Of a stretch of 64,000 bases of DNA, positions 27,040 to 36,849 are shown piece after piece. The stretch is from a virus: IMG/VR virus record IMGVR_UViG_3300030333_008604, positions 1 through 64,000 of that record; one strand, 5' to 3'. How positions within the stretch are numbered: the first letter of the stretch is position 1; every line of letters begins with the position of its first letter. Under the pieces are notes generated by a model. The model was given only the letters and a program-made list of their open reading frames with translations. It was not told where the DNA came from and did not search any database. The position numbers and the translations under genes are program-made.

Positions 27040-27123
27040 AACAAACAAAATAGAGAATTTTCACTTCAATCAAACTATATACTAGAGAGAAAGCTTTTAA
27101 GCTATTTTAAGGAGAACAAACAA

Positions 27124-27675
27124 ATGGCAGATCGCAAAGTAGAAAAGGCCCAAGCAGACTTCATGGCCGCCCGCTCAGTTAAGGCCAAGGATGGTACGGC
27201 TGGTTACGGTGTGTATGAAGTAGCATATGAGCTAAAGTTCGGCGCAACAACCGGTGGTAATACGACAATTACCACCACAGATAATGGTCTTATTAAGACT
27301 GTCGCAACATTACCAGCAAAATGTACCGTATTAGACGCGGCTATGGTAACAACAGAAGCGTTTGATTCGACCGATGAAAAAGGTATGGATTTGGTAATTA
27401 CAAGCACGACACCGTCCGCTGCTGACACTGCCATTACAGGCGATGTGGTGCAGCTTATTACAGCCTTTGAGGCTAAGAGTAACGCAAATGGTGCACTTGG
27501 TCAAGGCCAGGGCTTGGTTGGCAACCCTAACTTTGTCGACGGTGGAGACGGAACTCACTTATGCTTGATTAACACAGACGGCAGTAATACTGCTGATGCT
27601 ATTCAAACAGGCAAGATTGTTGTGTACATTAAGTACATTGGCAGCGCTGCCCCAGTAGCAAACACCGACGTTTAA
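27124..27675 (+). CDS. Putative virion structural (head decoration-like, beta-rich) protein
   Basis: AAGGAG SD, own promoter-like CTATATA (27075-27081) and terminator; Thr/Gly/Ala-rich; TLPAKCTVLDA...TTEAF...GKIVVYIKY pattern. Confidence 0.55.
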   Translation: MADRKVEKAQADFMAARSVKAKDGTAGYGVYEVAYELKFGATTGGNTTITTTDNGLIKTVATLPAKCTVLDAAMVTTEAFDSTDEKGMDLVITSTTPSAADTAITGDVVQLITAFEAKSNANGALGQGQGLVGNPNFVDGGDGTHLCLINTDGSNTADAIQTGKIVVYIKYIGSAAPVANTDV

Positions 27676-27702
27676 TCAACAAACCTTGATAGCTTATAAA
27701 CT

Positions 27703-27730
27703 AAGGCAGCCCATTGTGGCTGCCTTTTTT
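27703..27730 (+). terminator. Rho-independent terminator
   Basis: AAGGCAGCC-cattgt-GGCTGCCTT followed by T-tract. Confidence 0.85.
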
Positions 27731-27751
27731 ATTTGAGAATATATTTATAGT

Positions 27752-28495
27752 ATGTCGACAAGAAAGACAACAAATCATCACATACATCATGGGAACACTG
27801 AGTTTAAAAACAAAGTGCAGATGCATAATGATGTTGTTATAACAGGCTCTTTGCAAGTTAGTGGATCTATTTTTTTAAACGGTTCTGCGATATCTTCAGG
27901 CGGCGGTGGCGGTTCTGACGGCAGCGATCATGACCATGATAGTTCTTATTCAAGCACAAGCCACAATCACACTGGCGTATATGCGGCATCAGGACACAAT
28001 CATGACAGCTCTTATGTAGGTTCACACAATCATGATTCGGATTATCTAAACACCGCGTCAATAGCTCAGCGATTTGAAACTGTAACAATGCATGTTTTTA
28101 ATTATAGCGGAACTCACAAAAGATATATTCCATGGCAAGGCAACACAACCGACAGTCAAACTGCTTTGTTTTATCATTTTTGGCTGGCACCGCTTAATGG
28201 AAAGTTAAAAAAAGTGTTTGTTAATGCTGAGGGTGAGCCAAATTATGGCGGCATTGACCCTGGCTCGACAGTTGTTGCTTTTCACAGATCGCCAAATGCT
28301 CAAGATCAAGACCCACCACAAATTACAGCCGTTACAGCTAGTGTAGCTAGAAACACAACACAGACTTTTACTTTTGCTGACGACGGTAAAAATACTTTTT
28401 TACAAGGCCAATGTATTGCACTTAGTTTAGAGTCATATGCAAAAGTGGCTGATTGCACAATGTCGGCAATTTGGGAACTGTCTGGATCATCTTAA
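27752..28495 (+). CDS. Short fibre/receptor-binding-like protein with HxH repeats
   Basis: VITGSLQVSGSIFLNG; HDHDSSY, HNHTGVY, HNHDSSY, HNHDSDY; beta-rich C-terminal domain. Confidence 0.6.
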   Translation: MSTRKTTNHHIHHGNTEFKNKVQMHNDVVITGSLQVSGSIFLNGSAISSGGGGGSDGSDHDHDSSYSSTSHNHTGVYAASGHNHDSSYVGSHNHDSDYLNTASIAQRFETVTMHVFNYSGTHKRYIPWQGNTTDSQTALFYHFWLAPLNGKLKKVFVNAEGEPNYGGIDPGSTVVAFHRSPNAQDQDPPQITAVTASVARNTTQTFTFADDGKNTFLQGQCIALSLESYAKVADCTMSAIWELSGSS

Positions 28496-28540
28496 GATAG
28501 CTAATTTATAGTGCGTAATAGCCCACAGGCAAAACACTGC

Positions 28541-29407
28541 CTACCTTAAGCGATTCCGGTATAGGATTAGTTCAGGAAGCTTTAGATGTTCTTCATTGTA
28601 TGGTTCAGGTTTGTCAAACTGACTTTGTTCGCAACCTAAGCGTGGACACAACATTTGCATTATTGTCGTATGTGTGCGCGAACTTTCTAAAAAGTTCCAT
28701 AATTCCGAGTAGGAAACAGATACAGCGACATGATGAAAGCGCGCGTGCACAGAATGAATCATGCCTATTAATTCTCCTTTAGTGTTTAAAATTGGAGAAC
28801 CAGACGAACCCCCAATGGTTGGAATGCTATAGAAAGCACGGCCTCCATCTTTACTGTTCCCAAAAAAATTTCCCTTAAACAAAGGCACAACTTCTCCATC
28901 AGCCAAGCCCAGAGGAGAAGAGATATTATATGCTTCATCGCCATACTCTGGCTTCTTGACGCTCATTTTAAGCGGCGGGCCGGAAACTGTCGATGCACTT
29001 AGTAAACAAATGTCCAGCCTTACATCAAACTTTAAAATATTAATAACATGCTTGCTTCCATCGCGCTCTTCAGCCTCTAGCTGAAACTCAACTTCTGGCG
29101 AAACATATCCAAAAGCTGCCGGGTTACAAACATGAGCGGCAGTTAATATTGCTTTTGTTTTTTCATAATAAACAACTGAACCTGAGCCCGTAGCATATAA
29201 GATCCACGGCGCCGGCGGCTTCTCACAGTCTTTTTTATCATCCTCTGCGCAGATAGCTGGAATTTTTAGTCTTGCTGATGTTAAGATCTTAACAAAAGAT
29301 TTTTTAGCTGTTACAACTGTCTTAGTGTGGCTCATTTGTGTAGCGCAACTATTTAATATTGGAACAACTAATGTTAAAAGAATTACCAGTTTTAATTTCG
29401 TCATCAT
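28541..29407 (-). CDS. Trypsin-like serine protease, probable lipoprotein
   Basis: Lipobox-like LNSC; GSGS, LTAAHVC, DICLL, GGSSGSP catalytic triad motifs; CTAGTTA at 29412-29418 on the minus strand. Confidence 0.85.
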   Translation of the reverse strand: MMTKLKLVILLTLVVPILNSCATQMSHTKTVVTAKKSFVKILTSARLKIPAICAEDDKKDCEKPPAPWILYATGSGSVVYYEKTKAILTAAHVCNPAAFGYVSPEVEFQLEAEERDGSKHVINILKFDVRLDICLLSASTVSGPPLKMSVKKPEYGDEAYNISSPLGLADGEVVPLFKGNFFGNSKDGGRAFYSIPTIGGSSGSPILNTKGELIGMIHSVHARFHHVAVSVSYSELWNFLESSRTHTTIMQMLCPRLGCEQSQFDKPEPYNEEHLKLPELILYRNRLR

Positions 29408-29440
29408 ACTTTAACTAGTCTCCACGAAGCCGAGAAATTT

Positions 29441-30751
29441 ATGAAAAAGACTTATGTGTTAGATACTAACGTATTTCTAACCAACGCAAAATCAATTTTT
29501 GAGTTTAAAAACAATGATTTAGTAATCCCTCTAAAAGTTTTGGACGAAATTGATAAACATAAAAAAAGACAAGATGGTGTCGGCTTAAATGCCAGAACAA
29601 CGATTAGAATACTCGACAGTTTAAGAAGCAAGGGCAACCTTCATAAAGGTGTGCGTCTGGGTCGAGGCAAGGGACTTCTATCTGTGCGTGGGTATGATAT
29701 CGAAGACATACCCCCAGGCTGTGATTTAGATTCTGCAGACAACGAAATAATTGGTACTGCTATAACAGAAAAGAAAAACTCACATCCTAGAAAAAAAGTA
29801 ATTGTCGTAACGCGTGATATTAATATGCGAGTAAAGTGCGACTCTTTAGGTATACCAACCGAAGACTACGTACCAAATAAAATAATTTCTAGCACAAATG
29901 AGTTGTATAAAGGGTTTGTTAAACACTTAGTAGATGATCAAACAATCGATCAATTTTATGCGGGTGAAGATGTTTTCTTAGACAGAGAAGATGTTCGCCT
30001 TTTTCCAAATCAGTTTGTCATGCTTGTGTCAAACGCTAATGAGAAAAAAAGCGCCCTTGGTCGTTTTGTTAGCTATGGTGATAAATTAAAAAAAGTTGAT
30101 GAATTTAAAACTGGCATTTGGAATCTTAAGCCGAGAAACAAAGAGCAGATGTTTGGCTTGGATCTTCTTTTAGACCCGTCAGTTCCCATAGTGACGCTCA
30201 TTGGAAAAGCCGGCTGTGGAAAAACCATCCTTGCTCTCGCCGCAGGTTTGGATCAAATCCTAGAATCTGGAACGTATAAAAAACTGGTTGTAACCAGGCC
30301 GGTGCAACCACTAGGCAAGGACATTGGATACTTGCCTGGCACTATGGAAGAAAAAATGAAACCATGGCTGATGCCCATTCAAGACAACCTGGATTTCTTG
30401 CTGAATGGAAAATCAAACAATATTGCTCATCTATATGATGACAACACAATTCAAGTCGAGGCCCTCACTTATATCCGGGGTCGCTCAATTTCAAACGCGT
30501 TTATTATTGTTGATGAGGCACAAAATTTAACAACGCATGAATTAAAGACTATAATTACCAGAGTTGGAGAAAACACTAAAATTGTTTTAACTGGAGATGT
30601 CGAGCAAATAGACAGCGTGTATTTGGATTCTACCTCAAATGGGCTGTCTTATGCGATTGAAAAACTTAAACCGCATGATATTTCTGGCCACATGACATTA
30701 ATAAAAGGAGAGCGTTCCAAAGTTGCGACTTTGGCCTCAAAGGTGCTTTAA
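29441..30751 (+). CDS. phoH: PIN-domain PhoH-family ATPase (PhoH2/YlaK-type)
   Basis: YVLDTNV PIN motif; GKAGCGKT, DIGYLPG, YIRGRS, IVDEAQN, GDVEQID. Confidence 0.93.
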   Translation: MKKTYVLDTNVFLTNAKSIFEFKNNDLVIPLKVLDEIDKHKKRQDGVGLNARTTIRILDSLRSKGNLHKGVRLGRGKGLLSVRGYDIEDIPPGCDLDSADNEIIGTAITEKKNSHPRKKVIVVTRDINMRVKCDSLGIPTEDYVPNKIISSTNELYKGFVKHLVDDQTIDQFYAGEDVFLDREDVRLFPNQFVMLVSNANEKKSALGRFVSYGDKLKKVDEFKTGIWNLKPRNKEQMFGLDLLLDPSVPIVTLIGKAGCGKTILALAAGLDQILESGTYKKLVVTRPVQPLGKDIGYLPGTMEEKMKPWLMPIQDNLDFLLNGKSNNIAHLYDDNTIQVEALTYIRGRSISNAFIIVDEAQNLTTHELKTIITRVGENTKIVLTGDVEQIDSVYLDSTSNGLSYAIEKLKPHDISGHMTLIKGERSKVATLASKVL

Positions 30752-30752
30752 A

Positions 30753-31052
30753 ATGGAAATAGTTAGTACTGAAGAATATAATACAAATCCGGTCGCGACC
30801 GAAACAGTTGATCCAGAAAACGATTTAAAAAATATGCTTGTTGAATATGTTGGAGAAAAGCTAAATCCGGATGATCAAAGTGTGACTGTTGAGATGATTG
30901 TTGGCGTTATGGCTGACGAATTTCCAGAGTTTTTAATGGTTGTTGCCGAAGAGAATTTTATTAGAGGATACCACCAGGCCCTATCGGATGTGGAACTCGG
31001 TGAAAAAATAGCGTCTGAACAAGAAAATGATAAACAAGAAGAAAATAATTAA
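30753..31052 (+). CDS. Acidic hypothetical protein
   Basis: ATG 30753 directly after phoH stop; EFPEFLMVVAEENFIRGY. Confidence 0.7.
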   Translation: MEIVSTEEYNTNPVATETVDPENDLKNMLVEYVGEKLNPDDQSVTVEMIVGVMADEFPEFLMVVAEENFIRGYHQALSDVELGEKIASEQENDKQEENN

Positions 31053-31722
31053 TTACATGCATCAGCGAAGAAAAAATTTTAGCCAGCAAAGATATGGCAA
31101 TATAGATGTTTTTGTAAAAGATCCTTTGACGAATCCAATTAATCAAGAGGCGGTTTTTTCTCGACTAAATTCTGTACTGCCTGATCATTTTCTTGATTTA
31201 GTAGATATCGTCTATGTTGGAAAATTTCCGTTTTTAGATGACAATTCCGTTAACGCTACTTATGCTGATGGTGCGATATATACATCAAATGATCAAGATA
31301 ACGAAGAGGACATGTTGGACGATATTGTTCACGAGTTTGCTCACGCACTAGAAGAAAAAGCAAATTATGACATATATTCTGATTCCAAGATAGAGAATGA
31401 ATTTCTAACTAAAAGAAGTAAGCTGGAAGTCTTGCTTAACTATGAAGATCATGGAACCACAGAGTTAAATTTTTTGAATACCAAGTTTGACAAAAATTTA
31501 GATTTTTATTTTTTTCACGAAGTCGGGTATGACAAATTAGCCAGTTTATCAATGGGTCTGTTTTTAAGTCCCTATTCGATTACTTCTTTGCGAGAGTATT
31601 TTAGTATAGGCTTTGAAGAATATTATTTAGGATCCCGCGACGAGTTGAGAAAAATCAGCCCTAGCGTGTATGAGAAAATTTCTTTATTGTCGGATCCAGA
31701 TTGGCAAAATAAAAATTTCTAG
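31027..31722 (+). CDS. HExxH zinc metallopeptidase-like protein
   Basis: IVHEFAHAL (HEFAH 31330-31344) and distal SPY..SLREYF third-ligand motif. Confidence 0.7.
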   Translation: MINKKKIINYMHQRRKNFSQQRYGNIDVFVKDPLTNPINQEAVFSRLNSVLPDHFLDLVDIVYVGKFPFLDDNSVNATYADGAIYTSNDQDNEEDMLDDIVHEFAHALEEKANYDIYSDSKIENEFLTKRSKLEVLLNYEDHGTTELNFLNTKFDKNLDFYFFHEVGYDKLASLSMGLFLSPYSITSLREYFSIGFEEYYLGSRDELRKISPSVYEKISLLSDPDWQNKNF

Positions 31723-31747
31723 TCAAACTAAATTGTGTTGCTATTAT
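31720..31747 (+). promoter_or_regulatory. Sigma70-like extended -10 promoter upstream of nuclease/glycan operon
   Basis: TAGTCA-16 bp-TATTAT with TG at 31739-31740; same TGCTATTAT as at 4342-4350 (minus strand). Confidence 0.4.
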
Positions 31748-31761
31748 TAAAGTAATATCTT

Positions 31762-32550
31762 ATGTCACAGCGATCACATATATCATTTTCTGAATTGAAG
31801 ATTTGGAATGAGTGCCCTCTTAAGCACAAGCTCACCTACATAGACGAACTAAAAGAATTTGTAGGCAATGAACACACTGCTTTCGGCAAGGCCGTTCATG
31901 ACGTCTGTGAGCAGCTCTTAACTAGCGAAGAAAAGTTCAATACTCAAGAGATGTTTGAAAAGAATTTTTTAAACGAGTTGACTGACTTAGAGAAGGCCGG
32001 CGTCGAGCTTCGAAAAAGCCTAGTGCAAGACATGCGCGCCCAGGGCCGCGACTTAGTAGGGCACATTTTACCAGCAGTTAAAGATCATTTTAAAACTTTT
32101 GAAGTTATCTCTGCAGAAGAGGAGCTTTACGAAGCCCTCGACGGCATAGATTTTAATTACAAAGGGTTTATCGATCTAGTATTGAAAACACCTGATGGCA
32201 AGTATCATGTAATCGATTGGAAGACCTGTTCTTGGGGTTGGGATTCGAAAAGAAAAAACGATAGGATGACAGGCTATCAGTTAACATTTTATAAACATTT
32301 TTTTGCACTCAAGCATGAGATCGACCCGGGTCAAATAGAAACTCACTTTGCCTTATTAAAAAGGACTGCAAAGAAGAACAAGGTTGAGATTTTTAAAATC
32401 ACCTCTGGTCAAAAGAAAACAGAAAATGCCCTTAACTTACTAAAAAGAGCGCTGTATAATATACAAAATAAGAGATTTTTTAAGAATCGCTTGGCTTGCC
32501 AAAGCCCATGGGGCATGTGCGAATTTTATAAGACTAAACATTGTAGGTAA
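31762..32550 (+). CDS. PD-(D/E)XK exonuclease, Cas4/RecB-like
   Basis: ISFSEL..W.ECP, FGKAVH, KGFIDLV, VIDWKT, QLTFY, C-terminal C..C..C. Confidence 0.88.
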   Translation: MSQRSHISFSELKIWNECPLKHKLTYIDELKEFVGNEHTAFGKAVHDVCEQLLTSEEKFNTQEMFEKNFLNELTDLEKAGVELRKSLVQDMRAQGRDLVGHILPAVKDHFKTFEVISAEEELYEALDGIDFNYKGFIDLVLKTPDGKYHVIDWKTCSWGWDSKRKNDRMTGYQLTFYKHFFALKHEIDPGQIETHFALLKRTAKKNKVEIFKITSGQKKTENALNLLKRALYNIQNKRFFKNRLACQSPWGMCEFYKTKHCR

Positions 32551-32552
32551 AG

Positions 32553-33821
32553 ATGAGCAAAAAAATTAAGGTTTTCGCAATTGCGGACCACCCCTTTTCT
32601 CCATCTGGCGTAGGAACACAGACTCGCTACATGATTGAAAGTTTACTTTCAACTGGAGATTACACGTTCAGGTGCTTCGGCGGCGCGATAAAGCATAAAA
32701 GCTATGAGCCAGTAAGAACGAAAGAACACGGAGAAGACTTAATTGTTTATCCTGTTGATGGGTACGGAACACCTGATGCTGTTCGCTCTGTTATAAGAAC
32801 AGAACGACCGGATATTTTGTGGTTTATGACTGACCCTAGATTTTTTCCTTGGCTATGGGAAATGGAGGATGAAGTTAGATCTCTGATGCCTATGGTTTAT
32901 TATCACGTTTGGGATAATTATCCATATCCAGACTTTAATGAAAAGTGGTATTCATCTACAGATGTTGTTGGGTGTATTTCTAAAGTTACTCACGACATAG
33001 TCAAGACAGTCGCTCCAAACGTAGAGAGTTTTTATTTACCACATGCTATTGACGATAAGGTTTTTAAGCCTCTCGCCGCTGACGAGATTAAAAACTTCAA
33101 GGCTCAGGCGTTTGATGATGGAGAAAAATTTACTGTCTTTTGGAATAACCGGAACGCAAGAAGAAAGCAGCCAGGTAGTTTAATTTTTTGGTTTAAAGAA
33201 TTCTTAGATATCGTTGGTCACGACAAAGCTAGATTGTTAATGCATACAGATCCAAACGACCCTAACGGACCAAATTTAGTTTCTGTTATCGAGAATCTTG
33301 AGCTTAACGATGGCCAAGTCAAGTTTTCAACTCACAAAGTTGATTTTGAGCAAATGTCGGTATTGTATAATATATCAGACGTCACCGTAAATATTTCAGA
33401 TGCTGAAGGATTTGGTCTCTCTACGCTTGAGTCGCTGTCGTGCGGCACCCCTATCATAGTTAATATGACCGGAGGCCTCCAAGAGCAAGTTACAGATGGT
33501 GAAGATTGGTTTGGCATCGGCATTGAGCCAGCATCAAAATGTGTGATTGGCTCGCAAGACATACCCTACATTTATGAAGATAGGATCTCTGGTAAAGATT
33601 TTGTTGATGCCTTGCTTAAGATTTATAATATGTCCGCGGACGAGCGCCACGAGCTTGGTTTAAAAGGTCGCAATCATGTTGAAAAGAATTATAATTTTGG
33701 CCGTTATTGCAAAAGCTGGGATGCTATTCTTAAGGACATTAACGAAAGGCATGGCTCATGGGAAACTAGAAAAAACTATGAGACGTGGCATATTAAGGAG
33801 ATAAAAAATGAACGAGACTGA
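32553..33821 (+). CDS. Glycosyltransferase, GT4 (GT-B) family
   Basis: SGVGTQ; NNRNARRKQP; EGFGLSTLESLSCGTPII. Confidence 0.9.
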   Translation: MSKKIKVFAIADHPFSPSGVGTQTRYMIESLLSTGDYTFRCFGGAIKHKSYEPVRTKEHGEDLIVYPVDGYGTPDAVRSVIRTERPDILWFMTDPRFFPWLWEMEDEVRSLMPMVYYHVWDNYPYPDFNEKWYSSTDVVGCISKVTHDIVKTVAPNVESFYLPHAIDDKVFKPLAADEIKNFKAQAFDDGEKFTVFWNNRNARRKQPGSLIFWFKEFLDIVGHDKARLLMHTDPNDPNGPNLVSVIENLELNDGQVKFSTHKVDFEQMSVLYNISDVTVNISDAEGFGLSTLESLSCGTPIIVNMTGGLQEQVTDGEDWFGIGIEPASKCVIGSQDIPYIYEDRISGKDFVDALLKIYNMSADERHELGLKGRNHVEKNYNFGRYCKSWDAILKDINERHGSWETRKNYETWHIKEIKNERD

Positions 33822-34110
33822 TACTCCCACTGAGGGTGTAAGAACTTTTGGCCATCTTGATTTTAGCCAAGTGCGAGTACATGATGCCATTGGACAATAT
33901 TTATCTGATCAACTCCGCAGGGATGAGGAGATGCAAGGAGACCTGAAAGACGCTATCGATTCTGATGATAGGGCAGTGTTTTTCACATTTGTATGGCACC
34001 CGGGAATAGAAGACACTTTTCTAAGGGTGTTCGTGCAGGATAAGCCTCTGACAGAGAATGACATTATACTTGAGGAAGAAAATGAAGCAAAGACAGAGAG
34101 TACTGGTTAA
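33808..34110 (+). CDS. Acidic hypothetical protein
   Basis: AAGGAG SD; overlaps both neighbours. Confidence 0.6.
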   Translation: MNETDTPTEGVRTFGHLDFSQVRVHDAIGQYLSDQLRRDEEMQGDLKDAIDSDDRAVFFTFVWHPGIEDTFLRVFVQDKPLTENDIILEEENEAKTESTG

Positions 34111-36100
34111 GGCTCCTATATTAACTCAATCTGGCTACGGAGAACATGGTCGATTGGTTCTTCGAGCACTAAGATCACAAGAAAATATATTTGATATTTA
34201 CCTTCATGCGCTAGAGTGGGGACACACGTCCTGGCATTGGGAAGATACAGAAGAGCGAGCATGGATTGATGGTCTTTTACAAAAGACTATTCATTATCTT
34301 CACAACGGCGGTCAGTTCGACATGTCGTTGCAGGTCACCATTCCAGGAGAATGGGAGAAGATTGCACCTATTAATATAGGTGTCACTGCTGGCATTGAGA
34401 CGGATCTATGCTCAGCAGAATGGCTGTCTAAAACTGGTGTTGTGGACAAAATTATAACCATTTCTGAACATGCAAGAGATGTTTTTCTAAACTCGCTGCA
34501 TACTGTTTCCGACCCAGAAACTGGCATGCCAGTAGAACTTAAGTGTGAAGCTCCGGTTGATATTGTTCACTACCCAGTTCGACAATTTGATCCGGGAGAG
34601 ATAGACCTAAACTTAACTACTGATTTTAATTTTCTTTCTATTGTTCAGTGGGGCCCAAGAAAGAATATAGAAAATATGGTTTCTTGGTTTGTCGATGCAT
34701 TTAAAAATAGAGAAAATGTTGGTTTGATATTGAAAACCAATCTTGCTAAAAATTGTCTCTTAGATCGTCGTACTGTCACCAATAAGTTGCAAAATCTATT
34801 AAACAAGTTTCCGGATAGAAAATGTAAAGTATACTTGCTGCACGGTTATCTTAAAGATGAAGAAATGAGCGCTCTATACCAACACGACAAAGTGAAAGCC
34901 CTTATAAGCTTGACTCACGGCGAAGGTTTTGGTCTTCCAATGTTTGAGGCTGCATATTATGGACTTCCAATTGTTGCTACAGATTGGAGCGGGCAAAAGG
35001 ATTTTCTTTACATGCCCGTTGCAGATAAGAAAGGCAAGATCAAGAACAAGGCAATGTTTTCTAGGGTGGATTTTACTTTAGAAAAAGTGCAACAACACGC
35101 TGTCTGGGCTGGCGTTGTAGAAGCAGAGTCTAAGTGGGCATTCCCTAAAGAAACATCGTTTAAAAAGAATATAAAGCAAATCTGCGATGACCATGGCCGC
35201 CATGTCAAGCGCGCTAAAGATCTTCAGAAACATTTATGCGAAAACTTTTCTGAGGCGAAGCAATATAGCAAGTTTGTAAATTACGTCCTGGGTCGTCGCG
35301 ACATTGCTCCTGAGCCTGTCACTGGCATATCTTTCTGTATCTCAACGAATGGCGCCAAACTTGAGAAAACACAGCGGACTGTTAATTCAATACACAAGAC
35401 GATGAGTGCAGCAACTGTACCTTATGAGATTATAGTCGCGGGACCCGCAGACATACTCAAGAAGGATAAAAAAGTTACATATGTCGAGGCAAAACAGCAA
35501 GCTGATTCAGGTCAGCTAGCCTTGCTTCGCAACATGGCTGCGGAAAAGTCAAACAAAAAGAATAATGTTATTGTCTTTGCTGATGATGACTTAATTTTTG
35601 ATAAAAACTGGGCCCCTCGCTTGCAAGACTATTCAAAAAGCACTGGCTGGGAAGTTTTAGGAAATAGAATCTTATTACCTGACGGTGGTCGTTATTGGGA
35701 CCGTGCAACTGCAAAACCCCATGTTATGATTGGCTACGATGACTATGCCTTCCCAGGTCAAGCCCAATATCAGACCGGATGCTTCTGGATTATAAGATCT
35801 GATGTGTTCGCGAAAGAACAGTGGGATTCTAAAATTGAATTTTATGCTGAAAAGAATGGAGGCATAAACGAAGATGTAGAGTACTCTTTGCGTTTGCAAA
35901 GGCAAGGCGTGGCGTTGTCCTTTGATAAGGAAAACTTAGTCTGGCATGATGACGACTCCTATGTTGAGTGCTTTAAAGATAATCCTTTTGTACCCGGCTC
36001 AGCATGTCTTAAAAAAGATTATCTCGCTGAAGAGTATGAGCTTGAGTTTTTTCCGTCTGAATGTGCGGACTTCCTAAAGGCAAAAGAGGCTGCAAGATGA
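34082..36100 (+). CDS. GT4 plus GT2 glycosyltransferase fusion
   Basis: SGYGEH, RKNIE, GEGFGLPMFEAA; second domain ISFCIST, FADDD, NEDVEYSLR. Confidence 0.88.
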   Translation: MKQRQRVLVKAPILTQSGYGEHGRLVLRALRSQENIFDIYLHALEWGHTSWHWEDTEERAWIDGLLQKTIHYLHNGGQFDMSLQVTIPGEWEKIAPINIGVTAGIETDLCSAEWLSKTGVVDKIITISEHARDVFLNSLHTVSDPETGMPVELKCEAPVDIVHYPVRQFDPGEIDLNLTTDFNFLSIVQWGPRKNIENMVSWFVDAFKNRENVGLILKTNLAKNCLLDRRTVTNKLQNLLNKFPDRKCKVYLLHGYLKDEEMSALYQHDKVKALISLTHGEGFGLPMFEAAYYGLPIVATDWSGQKDFLYMPVADKKGKIKNKAMFSRVDFTLEKVQQHAVWAGVVEAESKWAFPKETSFKKNIKQICDDHGRHVKRAKDLQKHLCENFSEAKQYSKFVNYVLGRRDIAPEPVTGISFCISTNGAKLEKTQRTVNSIHKTMSAATVPYEIIVAGPADILKKDKKVTYVEAKQQADSGQLALLRNMAAEKSNKKNNVIVFADDDLIFDKNWAPRLQDYSKSTGWEVLGNRILLPDGGRYWDRATAKPHVMIGYDDYAFPGQAQYQTGCFWIIRSDVFAKEQWDSKIEFYAEKNGGINEDVEYSLRLQRQGVALSFDKENLVWHDDDSYVECFKDNPFVPGSACLKKDYLAEEYELEFFPSECADFLKAKEAAR

Positions 36101-36849
36101 AAAATAATCATTTTAAAATTGTTACGCCAATGTACAACGTAGAAGATTGGATTGCGCTGACTATTAAAACAGTGCTGGCGCAAGATTACACCAATTATGA
36201 ATGGATTTTGGTTGACGACATGTCTACGGACAACACTGTTGAGATAGTCGAAGAACTAACAAAGGATATTTCTAATATTCGCTTGATTGTAAACAAAGAA
36301 AAGAAGTTTGCTCTTAGAAATATTTGCGATGCTACAGCTGCTTGCAATCCAAAACCTAACGATATAATCGTAAATTTAGATGGAGATGATTGGCTTCCAA
36401 ATTCCAGGGTACTGTCTTATTTAAATGAAGTTTATCAGGATGACGATGTTTGGTTGACTTATGGTAATCACGTAAACTGGCCAGATATTGAAAATCAACC
36501 TTTTCCAATTTTTCAATATCCAGAGTATGTTGTTAAAGAAAACAGCTATAGAAATTTTAGATTTTTAGCTAGCCACATGCGCGCATACAGACATGCTTTG
36601 TGGGCTAAAGTAAAACAAGAGGATCTTCTTGGAGAAGATGGTAAGCATTGGCAGACTGCATGGGATCTTGCTTACATGATACCGATGTGCGAAATGGCTG
36701 GCCCAAAAGCAAAATTTTTAAGTAAACATCTGTATGTCTACAACAACACCAACCCTCTAAACGATTATAAGATTTATACTGAATTGCAACAGAAACAAGA
36801 GATGGAAATACGAACAGGCAAGGCTTACGAGCGCATAGAGGAACTGTAA
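36097..36849 (+). CDS. Glycosyltransferase, GT2 family
   Basis: IVTPMYNVEDWI, LVDDMSTD, LDGDDW; ATGA overlap. Confidence 0.9.
   Translation: MKNNHFKIVTPMYNVEDWIALTIKTVLAQDYTNYEWILVDDMSTDNTVEIVEELTKDISNIRLIVNKEKKFALRNICDATAACNPKPNDIIVNLDGDDWLPNSRVLSYLNEVYQDDDVWLTYGNHVNWPDIENQPFPIFQYPEYVVKENSYRNFRFLASHMRAYRHALWAKVKQEDLLGEDGKHWQTAWDLAYMIPMCEMAGPKAKFLSKHLYVYNNTNPLNDYKIYTELQQKQEMEIRTGKAYERIEEL

Noticed and set aside
28541-29407. Trypsin-like protease as the enzyme cleaving LxE leaders
   Set aside because: It appears to be an exported lipoprotein, and prohead proteases have a different fold; not excluded experimentally.
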